A DNA stretch of 62,637 nt, filler included, from Polymyxa betae A26-41 (Eukaryota; Protista; Endomyxa: Phytomyxea), in NCBI GenBank assembly GCA_003693705.1. It is 4 parts of 4 records of this genome, joined end to end, with 100 filler letters (N's around TTAATTAATTAA, not from the genome) between each part and the next. Parts side by side here need not be neighbours in the genome. Positions count along the whole stretch, not along the records: positions 30,869 to 60,169 come from RBZT01000859.1; 3 more parts are not named here. The stretch is one strand, 5' to 3'. The position numbers and the translations under genes were made by a program. This document shows, one piece after another, positions 36,750 to 48,745 of the stretch. Each line of letters opens with the position of its first letter. The first letter of the stretch is position 1. The notes beneath the pieces are model-generated. The model worked only from the letters and a program-made list of their open reading frames with translations. It was not told the DNA's origin and did not search any database.

Positions 36750-37363
36750 ATAAGTACATTTTTGAAGTCGAAAATATTGTCGATGGTTCAAAACGGATTG
36801 TAAATGGGGACAAAATTAGATCTTATGCTGAACAGAAATATAACTGAAGAAACCAAGGACCAGTTTACTTATGATAATGCGAGCTATGATGTTGGAGAAT
36901 TCCGAGACTGCCGTTTCATTTCTGATACTCAGCAGATTGAATTCTTGGTAGATTGAAAGGGTTTCACTCAAACAGAAAGTAGCTGGGAACTGTTAGAGAG
37001 TCTTTGGATTGATGCTCCTTATTTGGTGCAATTTTATCATAAAGATTTGAAAAATCATGCCTTAGCAGATATGCTGAAGAGCTTAAGAAGTGGATTCTGG
37101 ATTGAGCTGCATGGTTTTTCCATTCTATCGCCCGATGGTTTGTTAATGCCGCAACATAAATTTCCCAGGATACTCATTTATCCTCAAAACCAGCTTCGTT
37201 GATCGGAGACTCTTTCGAGTTCCGTGCTAACCTCCGACTCTAAGTTTGGACGAGTCTTTACCATGCTCATCTTCGGGCAGATCTCGAGCGATACTCGTGG
37301 ATCTCAAAACATTATCGGAAAACATGGCATGCCTCTATTCAATCTCATAACTTGTGGTATCAG
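36750..37363 (+). mobile_element. Decayed Gypsy integrase tail with chromodomain, LTR-like segment and iMet-type PBS-like motif
   Basis: YIFEVENIVDG...YDVGEFRDCR...FLVD*KGFTQTESSWE..LWIDAP; TGTTAA at 37141; TGGTATCAG at 37355-37363. Confidence 0.78.
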
Positions 37364-38499
37364 TAATCTTGTCAATTCCATGACCAACAACTAAGCGCTC
37401 CATCCTTGATGTTGCGAAACCCAATCTACATGTTTGGATGCGAAATCATCATTCACAAGGAAGTTTCAAAAGCCTGCGGGAGCAATGATCAAGCAGCAGA
37501 TTCCAATGCTGGCGAAAGTTCTTGCCAGGGATGTAATTATTAACCAAGCTGATATTTTTTTGGCGATGATGTAACGTTTTCTTTGCTGTTGCTATGACAG
37601 AAAAATAGCATGATCGCCAATTAAGTGCCTGGTAATGAATAGCGCAAACCAGGTTTTGTTCGACACCTATCCGGAACCGCTGCGAACGTTTTTCAATGCC
37701 GCTGACGAAAAAATGGATCTGAAGCCAAAGGTCCCGGCAACACCGATTATGTCTGGTGGAAAGAGGCGAAAGTTGGAAATTTCAACATACCCTCAAATGT
37801 CGTAAAAGACAGCCTGTTTAGCAGCACTCAGGACTACAATGGTCTTACGACGACTTAAGATGGTTTACAAATGCACCATGTGATGCATTACGTTGGTATC
37901 CGGGCACAAAAATTACACAAGAGATTTCTAAGATTGTACCGAGATTTTGCTCAGGATTCGAAGCCCCAGCCGTCTCTGCGCAAGACACTTTGCCAATCAA
38001 ACAAATTCGAAACCAGGCTACGATCTTGAGGATGACGGCCAGCGCCATTTCAAATCATATGTCCAGCTGGTGTACAAGTTTATAGGGTCGAATTACAATC
38101 TCCTGCTATTACCCATTTGAATACGATCAAGCAGTGGTACGGTGGAGTGATCACAGTCGGTCGCATTCCTCAAGCATCGGAGCAGCTACCTAGCGGAGTT
38201 CAAGGTGTCTAAGATTCAGTGCCCTTTTTGAATACTAATTTGCACAAATATCTTTTCGGCACGATGTCTTTACCATTCCAGCCCTCTATGTTCTACGTTC
38301 CGCACGTTGCTAATGAATCGGAAGGCGATCCTTAATACCCTCTGAACGAAATTCCAGTTCAACCATACCCTTATTCCAATCGCAAGGGTAAAATTTGGAC
38401 CGAAGATGAAAACCTGGAAGAACTTGCTCAACGCCTTGGGTCTCAACGTCTCCGACTATCGGATCTGAAGCTCGATGGATGGATCGCCGAGCTTAAAGT

Positions 38500-39000
38500 T
38501 GCAATGGATCAACAATTGGAGCGCCAATCCGCGAAGGAGAATATCTAGCCACGAAGCGTCAATTTTATGACGCAGCAAGGAATTCGGTGGAAGCGTTCCG
38601 TACCAAGATCCCCGGAGCAAAACGTACGGCTGGGCGGAGCGAATGAACAGGACGTTGAGTGAAATGGCGCGGTATCTGCTGATGGACGTATCCAAAGACT
38701 ATTGGGAGTACGCCGTACGAATGTCAGCATTTATAAGAAACCGCACACCATGCAAGGCAAACCAACCAGTCTAACAAGACACCATACGAAATCATGTTCG
38801 GCAAGAATGTGCCGCTGCCAACATTAGCGAGTTTCAGAGCTCGGGAGGAGGTTCAAGTACCAGATGAACGAAGATATAATTTGGACCTCAAGCACGGACT
38901 TGCATATTCTTAGGCTATGCAGGCGGAGTCAAGCCCGGCATCTTTGAGGACGTGGAGACTCGAAAGAACTTCATTTCAAGAGACGGACAGGTGACAGGGA
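38500..39000 (+). mobile_element. Decayed Copia integrase core
   Basis: QGIRWKRSVPRSPEQN..AERMNRTLSEMARYLL...YWEYAV..AFIRNRTP..KTPYEIMFGK. Confidence 0.9.
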
Positions 39001-39382
39001 CAGAACAGCTCAAGTTTGAAGATTTAATTTGTGGGAAATCCGAACGAACAGACATCACCGTCCTAATCGGCTTTTTTGTTCAGATCAGCTGAAGCGTTCC
39101 CGACCTAAATAGAATTGTAGAATCAAAATTACGAGCTATAATCCCAGCTGCAATTCTTCTCGTTAGGATCAGATAAGATGGTAAGTTGATCGATGCATGA
39201 CCGACTTCGAATATCAACAGACTCTACGAGCTTCAAAAATCAAGCCGCTCTTGTTTCTAAAACAGATGTTTTAAGTAAAAAAGGGAAAATAACTTAAGCG
39301 AAGCCTGATGTTTTTCATCGATTTGTTTATCTAGTTTGGGTATGGGCCCAATCCGAAGCAATTTTTCAATAAAATTGAACAA

Positions 39383-39954
39383 TTAGATGATCCATCCATG
39401 CTGGCGAGCGACTCGATAGAAATCGTCTCGAGCCTGGCGCGCATCGTAGTCGTATTCAGGAAAGGGGTTGTGATGAGAGCCGAAGTCAACACGCCCATTG
39501 CCGGCTTCGAACAGCGACTGCAGCATGATGATGAGACTCTCACACGAGATGAACGGGCGCCATTGATCCTTCCCATTGCCTTCTGTAAGAATTTCCACAC
39601 AAATCGAGCCATTAATGGTGACATGGCCAGTATGGAACTAAAGCAAATCTCAGATTCATTAGAGAATCGTCACGCTAAACCTACCTGGAATCGTGGCCGA
39701 ATCACATGAACGAATGGCGGCGACAACGGGTAGTTGCTTGGGAATTCCATTTCCAAAACGATCTCATCCTCCTTTTTATATTTTTTTGCGAATTGCTTCA
39801 GATCTGCTTGCAATGGGTTGCCGAAATTCGTCGCCGGGAAAGTCAAGCGCCAATGATGGATGTTATTGTCGACGACTTCGATGATGAAGTTCTCGCATTG
39901 CTCCGATTGGGTCACCGTCTTCAGCTCGCGTTGCAGCAGCGACGTGCTCGACAT
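39383..39954 (-). CDS. Ubiquitin-conjugating enzyme E2, UBE2Q/UBE2QL1-like (2 exons, intron 39638-39684)
   Basis: LLQRELK...NIHHW...LQADL...FPSNYPLSPPFVHVIRPRF|HTGHVTINGSICMEILT...W; C-terminal VARQHGW; 47-nt GT-AG intron. Confidence 0.93.
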
Positions 39955-40152
39955 CTCCCCTACTCGGTTGCGTACGCTTCGGATTGTGACCACTATTCGG
40001 TGACTGAGGCAAAAAGTTCATTCATGGCTCGATTCCGGGCGCGGCTTTACCGAAGCTCCGATGGAATTCTACCGCTATTACTAATGTATTGCAAATATTA
40101 ACTTTTTTACCAGATATTCTGTCAGCGGATTGGTGTGTTCTGGGAGTTTCTC

Positions 40153-41370
40153 TTACAGGAACGGATTCTGTGGATCATGATGGTTTGGAGGAGGTAGTGC
40201 CAGGAGAGGCTGTGGTGGTTGAGGGCCCTGCATCATCGGATAAGGTTGCTGCTGGTGCCAGCCAAGGCTCGCGCTCGTATCCTGCTTGCCAGCGGGAGCC
40301 ATGGTTGGCGCCATCAACCAATCGTTATGAGTCAATGGTGGCCCCATGGCCCCATTCACGTATGGATGAGGCGGCGCGGCCGCCACCCCTCCATTCATAG
40401 TGGCCATTTGAATGTCAGCTTGGTCTTGGACCCTTACGTTAGCCATAGTCTTCTGCTGCTGTTGGTGTCGTTTCCTGTTGCCATTGTCATTCTCGTCGGT
40501 CGTTGCCGGGATCCATTCGAACGCGCTGGTGTCTTGTGGTAGCTTGGTTTCGAAGATGGAGGACAACGGGTCGAATGGATTGTCGGGGATGGCAGGATGA
40601 CCTCCCCGATTAGGGGCAGTTGCAGCTTCCGATTTGCTTGACTTAATCGGCTGGTCGGTTACTTTCTTTCGAGGAGGCTCGATTGGCTTGATCTCATTGC
40701 TTTGGGATAATGATTCGGAAAGAGATATCGACCCCGAGGTTACTGTGGTTGTCGATGAAGAGGGCGAATCAAGTGTTTGCTTGGTGGATGCTGGAGGAAC
40801 GCTGTGAGCACGATTTTGAGGCGAATATGTTCCATTTCGATCGTAACGATGGCGCGAAATCGACGATCTGCGCTTAATCATAGAATTACTAAAGCCAGTC
40901 ATGCGCGAGCGAGCTCGCTTAGCTGCGCTTCGTTCGTGATCCAGGCGCGCATCGTCTCCAAGCAGCTCCATTATATATTCGGCCTTCGAACGAACCTCCG
41001 CTCCTTTATCTTGGCCATGGATCAAGAATCGATATGAAAGTAGTAATTTGAATATGAATCGGCGCGTCTTCATGTCTTCGATAAATCGTCGGTTGCCATG
41101 ACGTAAGCAAAACTCGACCAGCTGCAACGATTTGCGAACATGCATGACCTGGCCCTTGTCCTGCAACCGCTTCAGTAGCATTACCAGCACTGAATCGTAA
41201 AGTGTCGCATCTGTCATATCGTGACAAATTGCGAGCATCGTTCGTGACGACGGCGGCCATGGTTCGTTAGAAGTGGCATCGCGAACCCGGCGCTCGGCCG
41301 GGTTGTAATCTTTGATCGAGTTCTTGGCCGATCGGATCAGGTTTTTCAACCGATCTTTCATCAGCGACAT
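40153..41370 (-). CDS. Epsin-like ENTH-domain protein (405 aa)
   Basis: YNPAERRVRDATSNEPWPPS...HVRKSLQLVEFCLRHG...GQDKGAEVRSKA...LDHER; disordered tail with NPF motifs including terminal NPFL. Confidence 0.95.
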   Translation of the reverse strand: MSLMKDRLKNLIRSAKNSIKDYNPAERRVRDATSNEPWPPSSRTMLAICHDMTDATLYDSVLVMLLKRLQDKGQVMHVRKSLQLVEFCLRHGNRRFIEDMKTRRFIFKLLLSYRFLIHGQDKGAEVRSKAEYIMELLGDDARLDHERSAAKRARSRMTGFSNSMIKRRSSISRHRYDRNGTYSPQNRAHSVPPASTKQTLDSPSSSTTTVTSGSISLSESLSQSNEIKPIEPPRKKVTDQPIKSSKSEAATAPNRGGHPAIPDNPFDPLSSIFETKLPQDTSAFEWIPATTDENDNGNRKRHQQQQKTMANVRVQDQADIQMATMNGGVAAAPPHPYVNGAMGPPLTHNDWLMAPTMAPAGKQDTSASLGWHQQQPYPMMQGPQPPQPLLALPPPNHHDPQNPFL

Positions 41371-41617
41371 TCGCTGCCGCTATTTGGCTGAAACCTGGAG
41401 TGTTACGAACTACTCTAGAAATTTGGTCGGGTGACAGCGACAGTTCAGTGTGGGATACGCCGCTGCCCAAGGAAGGTCGCGAACCAGCCAGCTATGGGTC
41501 ACACAGTCAGATTGTTGCATATTCCCGAACACCAAAAGATCTCTGCCCGTCTATTAGACGAAAGGGAAAGGGCTTTGGCAAGCAGCAGTCAGCCGTAGCC
41601 AAAACAATCACAGTTGT

Positions 41618-42582
41618 TTAGTGAATGAGAAGGGCAACAGCGACTAATGCAACAGATAGAATCAGTGGCAGTGACGACGCTGAAGATGCGTCAGCGTCAG
41701 CTTGGACCTTATAATCTGAGCTTGAGCCTGCTGCCAGCGATACTTGTATCGCTTTCAGGGGTGGCAAAGTCCAGGTCCCCTCGATGTACTTCTGGAATGA
41801 AGCGTCTTTAACGTTCTTTAACTCGCATCGCGTTTCATCCTTGTTGCAGGTCGCATTTGCATGGAATTGCTGACAGAAAGCGTTCGGGGATGGAGCATTG
41901 ATACACACGTCGGCTGGATCTATCGATCCGTCCAAGGTTCTCGACAGAATATAAGTTCCTTTCTTTTGAGCCTGGACATAATCAGACGATGTGCCACAGA
42001 ACCCTAAAGCAGAATCAGTATTTCAGGCTTCTTTATAAAAACCTGTAACTCACCGAATTTGCTGCAATACTTAACGGTGCCCAGTCCATCAGCGTTTACT
42101 GGGCAAGCCTGATTCGATTAAACTTTCTAGGATCCTTAACCGTCATTATTGCCTACCATATTTTGGAAGAATGGCCCACACCGGACTACGACGAGCTCGT
42201 AGTTCCCAGTTGGATTCAGATTGGCAGGTGGAATGTTGAACAATTCACAACGCGTATCGCTTTTGCTGCAAGTTGCTCCTGGGAAGATCTTGTTGCAGAA
42301 TGCATTGGGATCCGGGCTATTGATACACACATCCCTTGGGTCTATAGATCCGTCTGTCGTTCGGCTGAAAATATAATGTCCTGAGGTTTGCTGTTGTTTA
42401 TACGTATCAGAAGTTCCACAAAATCCCCATCTGGAGCAGTATTGCACGACGCCGGATACGCCATCTTCATTATAAGGGCAGCCCTGCATACCGAAAAACG
42501 GCCCACATCGGGTGACGTCGGCCTTCGCCCAGGCTGCTAGTATGATAACCAAAGCAGCCTTGCCCAACATTCTCATTACCAT
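41618..42582 (-). CDS. Secreted, probably GPI-anchored protein with two hevein/CBM18-like plus 4-Cys repeat units (3 exons)
   Basis: Signal peptide MLGKAALVIILAAWAKA; RCGP..CP..YCSRWGFCGTSDTY and, across two introns, RCGP..CP..YCSKFGFCGTSSDY; hydrophobic tail SSASSLPLILSVALVAVALLIH. Confidence 0.85.
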
Positions 42583-42692
42583 AGATGAGCCCACTCTCGA
42601 AGCCTTGATGATTGCAGATGGCACGCGAACCGCCTCCACGCGTGCCACTGACACCAGACGATAATGATGCCCGCTGGCATACTGCAAACGTT

Positions 42693-43298
42693 ATGATGAA
42701 GCTGATTGTTGGTGCCATCGTTGCCCTTGCTGCATCCGTCTACGGTCAGGACATTGTTGCTAGATGTGGTCCTTGGTACAACAACCAAGCCTGCCCGTTC
42801 AATGCAAACGGTCTCGGCGGCCAGCTTTACTGCACAAGGTACAAGATTGCTGCATTCAATTACGCCCAATAATGACAATGGAGTAGGTTCGGTTACTGTT
42901 CGGCTGTAGCCTCGGAAGGATCTAGCAGCGGCACCTACACTCAAATGGAGAACAACTGTATTGAACAAGCCGACATGAACGCCTTCTGTAATAGTCAAGT
43001 ATCAACACTCTGATGTCAATAAGAAAACGATGTTACTGATTCGTTGAATTAGCTCTCCGGCGCCACATGCAGCTACGCTGAGAAGCGATGCCAGGTCACC
43101 GGTCTGGACCCGAAGAAGTTTGATGGTCTTTCAGGATCTGGGACGACAACCACGACAACCACTACCACCGGCACCACCACCACTATGACCAGCTTGGATT
43201 CGAACGCGCCGCCCACAGCCAGCTCGTCGTCGATCGCTTACCCGCTGATCTTCCTGTTTACCATCGTCGCTATGATCGTTGGTGCTGTCAACTTGTAA
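42693..43298 (+). CDS. Divergently transcribed paralogue with one hevein-like plus 4-Cys unit, Thr-rich stalk and GPI-like tail (3 exons)
   Basis: MMKLIVGAIVALAASVYGQ-DIVARCGPWYNNQACP...YCTR|FGYC...NCIEQADMNAFCNSQ|LSGATCSYAEKRC...TTTTTTTTT...SSIAYPLIFLFTIVAMIVGAVNL; GT-AG introns restore the frame. Confidence 0.85.
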
Positions 43299-43433
43299 AT
43301 CTGTGAATATTGCAACAATAAAATCTTTTGTCATGTTTACCTATGAGCCCTTTGTCATTGCAAGAAGGAGGAGAGCGCTGTAATATGGGAATGGGACGGC
43401 TAAATGAGCCAGCGAGAATGAAGAGAATAGTTC

Positions 43434-43736
43434 GTAGCAGATTGCATCTAAATGGATATGGAGAGTCTGATAGGCCAAAAGACATGGGCATTAACAAGGC
43501 GGCGCAGCCTACATATCCAGTCGCCTTTATCGCAGTTCGCATCACATAGAGAAGAATCCGCTATGGAATGGGATCAAATTTAATACAAATGCTTTGTAGC
43601 AGATTGCATTCAAATGGATATGGAGAGTCTGATATGCGAAAACATGGCATTTTGAAGGCGGCGCAGCCTATCTAGTCGCCTTTATCGCAGTTCGCATCAC
43701 ATTGAGAAGAATCCACTATGGAATGGGATCAAATTT
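43434..43736 (+). ncRNA. Tandem duplicate of about 145 bp (period 162), each unit a candidate H/ACA snoRNA-like RNA
   Basis: The duplication itself is certain. Each unit has a hairpin, ANANNA (AAAAGA or AAAACA), a second hairpin with stem AAGGCGGC/GTCGCCTT, and ACA 16 nt past that stem (43544, 43699). Confidence 0.45.
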
Positions 43737-43787
43737 GAGTTTTGGGTGGCAAAGTAAAATCGTGCGGATTTTATCAGGGCGAATTGA

Positions 43788-44828
43788 ATGGTCGTAGCGG
43801 CGATCTTGGCGGGAGCTGTTGTTGCTACGATTCTGGCCGCTGTCGTCCATATCAGGTTTGGCCTGTACCTGGTCGGCATCACAGGGTCGGTGGCATGGTA
43901 TTCAAGTTTGGACGTCGCCCTTCATCTTGGCCGATTGATGTCGCTTTGTAGCGGAAAATCGACCTTCTGTGATGGTCTGCGACATGCCGGACAGAAAGTT
44001 ATCGATCTAGACGAAATTACACATAAACTTCAGTTGCCTGTATGAGAGTAAACAGGCTTTTATAATAGCAATATGATTTATTTCAGATTTCCAAATCTTG
44101 GGTTTTCTTTCGGAAACGCTAACGCTGGTATCAGGGAACATCGACTTGGCATGCGATTCTGAAAGAGTTCTCCGGATGCTCCTCCCGAGAGTTGAATTTG
44201 CCCTTACTCGATCCCGTGACCAAAGCCATTAACAGAACGTCTTTATCACAGCTCGTATTTCAAGACAGGCGAAAGCTGAAGGCTCTTAACCGGATCATGC
44301 GCCTCCCCATCCTGAAAGAAATGCTCAGCCAGATGTTCCGAGCGTTCTTCGTTGATGGCTTCAAAGTTGTATATTTAGAGGCGCCTCTTCTTTTCGAATC
44401 AGGTGATGCTGTTGTAATTTTTTTTGCAATTTCTGGTTTTTTATTCTCAATCAAAGCGTATTTTCCAGTTTTATTATTTTAGCAATGTGATGATAATAAA
44501 TTTCCTGTTAGGATTAAACTATATCTGCGATCTCTCTATAACAGTTGAGTCGCCGTTCAATGAGCAAATGTCTCGAATCATACGCCGACTTTCTTGTAAT
44601 GAGGCAGAAGCACGATCTAGAATTGAAGCACAAATGCCGCAATCAGAAAAGATGGCTCGCGCCGGTCTTGTTATTACGAATACGGGAACCAAGCAAGACT
44701 TACTTGATCGAGCTCTGTATCTGACACCTTTACTGAATCGTTTTTTGAACAAAGCTACAGTAGTCGTTTGGATCTTAGCTGCTTCAATATCGATGCCAAT
44801 TGCTGCCTTATTGATTCGTTCTTCGTGA
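43788..44828 (+). CDS. coaE: Dephospho-CoA kinase (DCAKD-like, 4 exons) with hydrophobic N- and C-termini
   Basis: VGITGSVAC|GKST P-loop across an intron, VIDLDEITH, INRTSLSQLVF..KALNRIM, EAPLLFES, EAEARSRIEAQMP, VITNTG. Confidence 0.95.
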
Positions 44829-45269
44829 ACATAACTGCTGTAAGTAAATGGATTCTTCGTGTTGCTTCACGGCTTTCTTCGTTTTTTTTAAGCCTTTAGT
44901 TTAGTCATTAGTCTATATTGAAGTCTATTGAAGTTATTGCTTCCATAGACATTGTTGCTATAAATTCCAAAACGCAGTTGTGCTCTCTCTGGTGGTGGAT
45001 GCACTCATGAGTAATGAGCTGCGTTGATGATTGTCACGCCTGACAGAGCACTATTCCCGAACATCATTACATCCAGGGCTTGATCTTTTAGATCATCAAA
45101 TAGCCGCTGTCAATGGGTGAGATAATAATGGCTCTGAAACTGGAAGTAGAGGGGTCCTGGAAGGTGGCGCTATGGATACCGCGCCGCCTATTGACAAATA
45201 TCAACAAAGTAGTATAATTCAATCCAATCCATCGGATCGCCGCTGTACCGAGTCCTATTCTCTTGGACG

Positions 45270-47216
45270 ATGGATTATCTTCTTGAAATTCTTCGCGCCC
45301 GAGTTTACGATGTCGCTATTGAGACGCCACTGCAGATCGCGCCTTTGCTTTCGAAGCGTCTTGAAAACGAAGTCTTCCTCAAGCGTGAAGATATGCAACC
45401 GGTGAAAAGCTTCAAGATTCGCGGTGCTTACAACAAGATGGTCAACCTCGATCCGCTTGCTGCCGAGCGAGGCGTCGTTTGTGCCAGCGCTGGCAATCAT
45501 GCTCAAGGAGTTGCATTATCTGCCAAAAAACTTCGTCTAAAAGCGATCGTAAGTTCTAAAATGTTTACCAAATATTTTGCAAATAGAAGTCTAATACGAT
45601 GATCAGATTGTGATGCCGAAAACAACGGCCCCGGTGAAGCTCCAGGCCGTCAAATCGTTCGGCGGCGACTATGTTGAAATCGTCCTGCATGGGGAGACGT
45701 TCGCGGAAGCTCTGTCCCATTCCAAGCAACTCGAGGCTGATCGGGGCCTGACGTTCGTCCATCCCTATGATGATCCTGCCGTCATCGTTGGCCAAGGCAC
45801 CATCGGGATGGTAATCGTTCTTTATCTCTTTTCATTCTTAGCATCAATTCGTTGAAAACTTTTTAATTTTCTTAAAAAAAACTTCTCAATGCTTATCATA
45901 GCCTGCTAATTTTCTTTTTCTTTTTATATTTCTTTGCATGATGTTATCTTGCAACCTTTGTCTAGATGACGTGTTCGTACTTAAAGAAATTTGTTTAAAT
46001 CTCAGAAATTCCATTATTCAAGTTATCACTTTATTCTGTGAAATTTATCTTCCTTTTTTACAGGAAATCCTACGACAATTCTCGAAACCCATACATGCTG
46101 TATTCATTGCTGTTGGTACGCTCTGTTGAAAGCGCTATATTGCTAAGATTTATCATTGCTAAGACTTATCGTATCTGTCAGGCGGAGGTGGAATGCTGGC
46201 TGGGATCGCCACCTATATCAAACAGGTCCGTCCAGAGATCAAGATCATTGGCGTCCAGACCGTAGACTCGAATTCGATGGCCGCCTCCTTGAAGGCTGGC
46301 CAGCCTGTCGCCATCGAAGACGTGGGCATGTTCGCCGATGGCACCAGCATTCGTATGGTGGGCTCGGAGACATTACGCTTAGCTAAGCTCTACGTCGATG
46401 ACCTAATCGAGGTCAGCTCATTTTCCTTCTGGTCCAGCATTCCCATTTCGTTTTCAGGTGACCACAGATCAAGTGTGTGCGGCGTTGAAAGACGTTTTCC
46501 TGGATACCAGGACGGTGATGGAGCCTTCCGGGGCGATGTCGATCGCCGGCGCCAATTTGTACTGCCACAAGAACCCTGAATTGAAAAACGCGAATCTGAT
46601 CTGCGTCGCCTGCGGCGCGAATATCAACTTCGATCGGCTGAAATTCATCGTCGAGCGCTCTGAGCTGGGACAGGAACGTCTGCTATTGCTGGCGATTCGC
46701 CTTCGGCAACGCTCGCTGATCGAACTGCTGCGTTTGCTTCATCGCGCGATTCACGATCTCAGCTACGATGGCGATCGCGTTCTGCTGGGCGTCTCCGTCG
46801 ACGATTCCGAACAAGCCAACGCTGTTAAAGCCAGCCTTTCATCATACGATTTCGTCGATCTGACCGCTAACGAATATGGCAAAGTCCATCAAAGATATAC
46901 GACCGGTAGCGTTCAAGCCGAAGCTGTAAAACTCATTCTTTCAATTATCGCAAAATTCATTCGTTGCCAGGTTGTGAGATTCGAGTTCCAGGAACGAACA
47001 GGAGCCGTCCTGCGCCTGCTCGAACGCATCTTCGAGGCGTCGTTCCAGATCGTCTCGGTGCATTACAGCTGCTCGGGTGGCGATGTCGCCCGCGTCCTGG
47101 TCAGTATCGATGGCGATCGGCGAACGTTCGTCGCCTTCTGCGAACAGCTGGGCAAGCCCTATCGCCGGTTCTTCGACGAGACTGACAACCCTGCCTATCG
47201 TCTCTTCAGCCACTAG
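45270..47216 (+). CDS. ilvA: Threonine dehydratase, biosynthetic type with C-terminal ACT-like region (about 6 exons)
   Basis: VYDVAIETPLQ, FLKREDMQPVKSFKIRGA (PLP Lys), ASAGNHAQGVA, FVHPYDDP..GQGTIG, GGGGM, FADG, EPSGA, CGANINFDRL, terminal DETDNPAYRLF. Confidence 0.97.
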
Positions 47217-47373
47217 AAACCCTAAGCATAAACTCGTCCATGGCTTCTCAGCTGTAAATTGTGACTCGAATTCACGGCTGACGATTGCCATTCGATGATA
47301 TCTCTCGACTCGCTGTTAACGTCGTCGCTCTTGGTTCTGACGTCGTTATTGCTGCTCACCCTCTCGCATCACT

Positions 47374-48696
47374 TTGCCGCCGTCCAGCGCCAGCGCCATC
47401 CGGCTCCCATCCTGCGCTTCGTTGGCATTCGTCTGCGATTCGAAACCGCCACCGGATCCTGCTCGGCCATCCTTCTGTTTCGATATGTCAGCGATTAACG
47501 CCGTCCAGCTGCGGTTCTGGCGCCTTCGACGAGGCTCTCAAAGCTTGTTGTCGAAAGCCAGCCGCTATTGGAGCGCTTTCGGCGGCGTCCAACAGGTTTG
47601 CTTATCGTGCTTGTTTCCGGTTCTAGACCGCTTGTTCATGGACATCAACGCCGATCATTCCGACGGCTACGATTACGAGATGTTTTTCGGCGTTTTGCAG
47701 ATCATGATGGAGATCGATAGCTCTTTGAGCGACATCATCATCCAGCGATACTTTAAGTATACAGCCCAGATCGAAACCAATCTCGATACGATCGTCAACG
47801 GCGAAATGCATCGACGGAACCTTCGTCAATACTACGTCCAGATTTCGCTTCTGCAGAAACAATTCTATCAAAACATCGCTCCGATCGTCACCGACGATCT
47901 GCGCGTTCCTCATCAGGAAATCAGCAACGCCAAGCTTCTTGCCAATAATGCCAGGCGATGGGCGTCACTGAAATCGCTCCTGAGATTCGACATTGGTAGT
48001 GATGAGCGCGATCGGGCGATCTTGGACGTGTTCACGCAGATCGAGTTCAGTATGAAGTCCTGGTACGACGCCCTGTTCTATATCTTCGACGATGCCCATT
48101 TCAAGGCCATGGCTTACGGCGCCGCCAACAATCACGAATTCCTGTCGGTCTGCTTGATCATGAAGCGGATGGTCGATCGCCGCCCCGAGTTCATCGAATA
48201 TGTGTGGAGCCAGTACGGCACGCTGCTGCTGAACTATTTCCGCGACGACCGGATCCGCTCGGAGATCGGCGATCACGATGGCATCGTCTCGTTGCTTTCG
48301 ACACTGGTAGCACATGCGCTCCAGTCGAATGTGTCGCCCGAGAACATTCTGTCTCTAGGATCGTATTGGTTAAGGAAAGAGAAGGCGATCGTTCGCTGGT
48401 CGCCGAGATGGAATGGGTTATCGGTGGTCATGCCGGCGGTGCTTCTGGCGGTAGTTCCCGTCGTGTTTGTGATCGCTGAGCAAGATTCGATGCCAAATCA
48501 TTTGAAGATGGCTATCGGTATATACAGCGCTTTGATGGCGTTCGCCACCTGGAGCGGGTTCAACAACATTGAGAATCGCCTTAAAGCGCTACAACTGGTA
48601 AGTGAAAGACGACTCCGAGAACTACGCCATCGCGTTTTACAGGAAATCTATCGAGTTTCTGTCAAGCTAGAATCTAATTCGGGAAGAGATGCGTAA
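47374..48696 (+). CDS. Hypothetical protein with two predicted C-terminal transmembrane segments (first ATG at 47485)
   Basis: 440-codon GC-rich ORF with hydrophobic GLSVVMPAVLLAVVPVVFVIA and MAIGIYSALMAFATW. No family recognised. Confidence 0.75.
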   Translation: MPPSSASAIRLPSCASLAFVCDSKPPPDPARPSFCFDMSAINAVQLRFWRLRRGSQSLLSKASRYWSAFGGVQQVCLSCLFPVLDRLFMDINADHSDGYDYEMFFGVLQIMMEIDSSLSDIIIQRYFKYTAQIETNLDTIVNGEMHRRNLRQYYVQISLLQKQFYQNIAPIVTDDLRVPHQEISNAKLLANNARRWASLKSLLRFDIGSDERDRAILDVFTQIEFSMKSWYDALFYIFDDAHFKAMAYGAANNHEFLSVCLIMKRMVDRRPEFIEYVWSQYGTLLLNYFRDDRIRSEIGDHDGIVSLLSTLVAHALQSNVSPENILSLGSYWLRKEKAIVRWSPRWNGLSVVMPAVLLAVVPVVFVIAEQDSMPNHLKMAIGIYSALMAFATWSGFNNIENRLKALQLVSERRLRELRHRVLQEIYRVSVKLESNSGRDA

Positions 48697-48745
48697 TAAA
48701 GACATGAGGTTGGGCTGACAAATCGTCTTTTATATTGAAATCATA

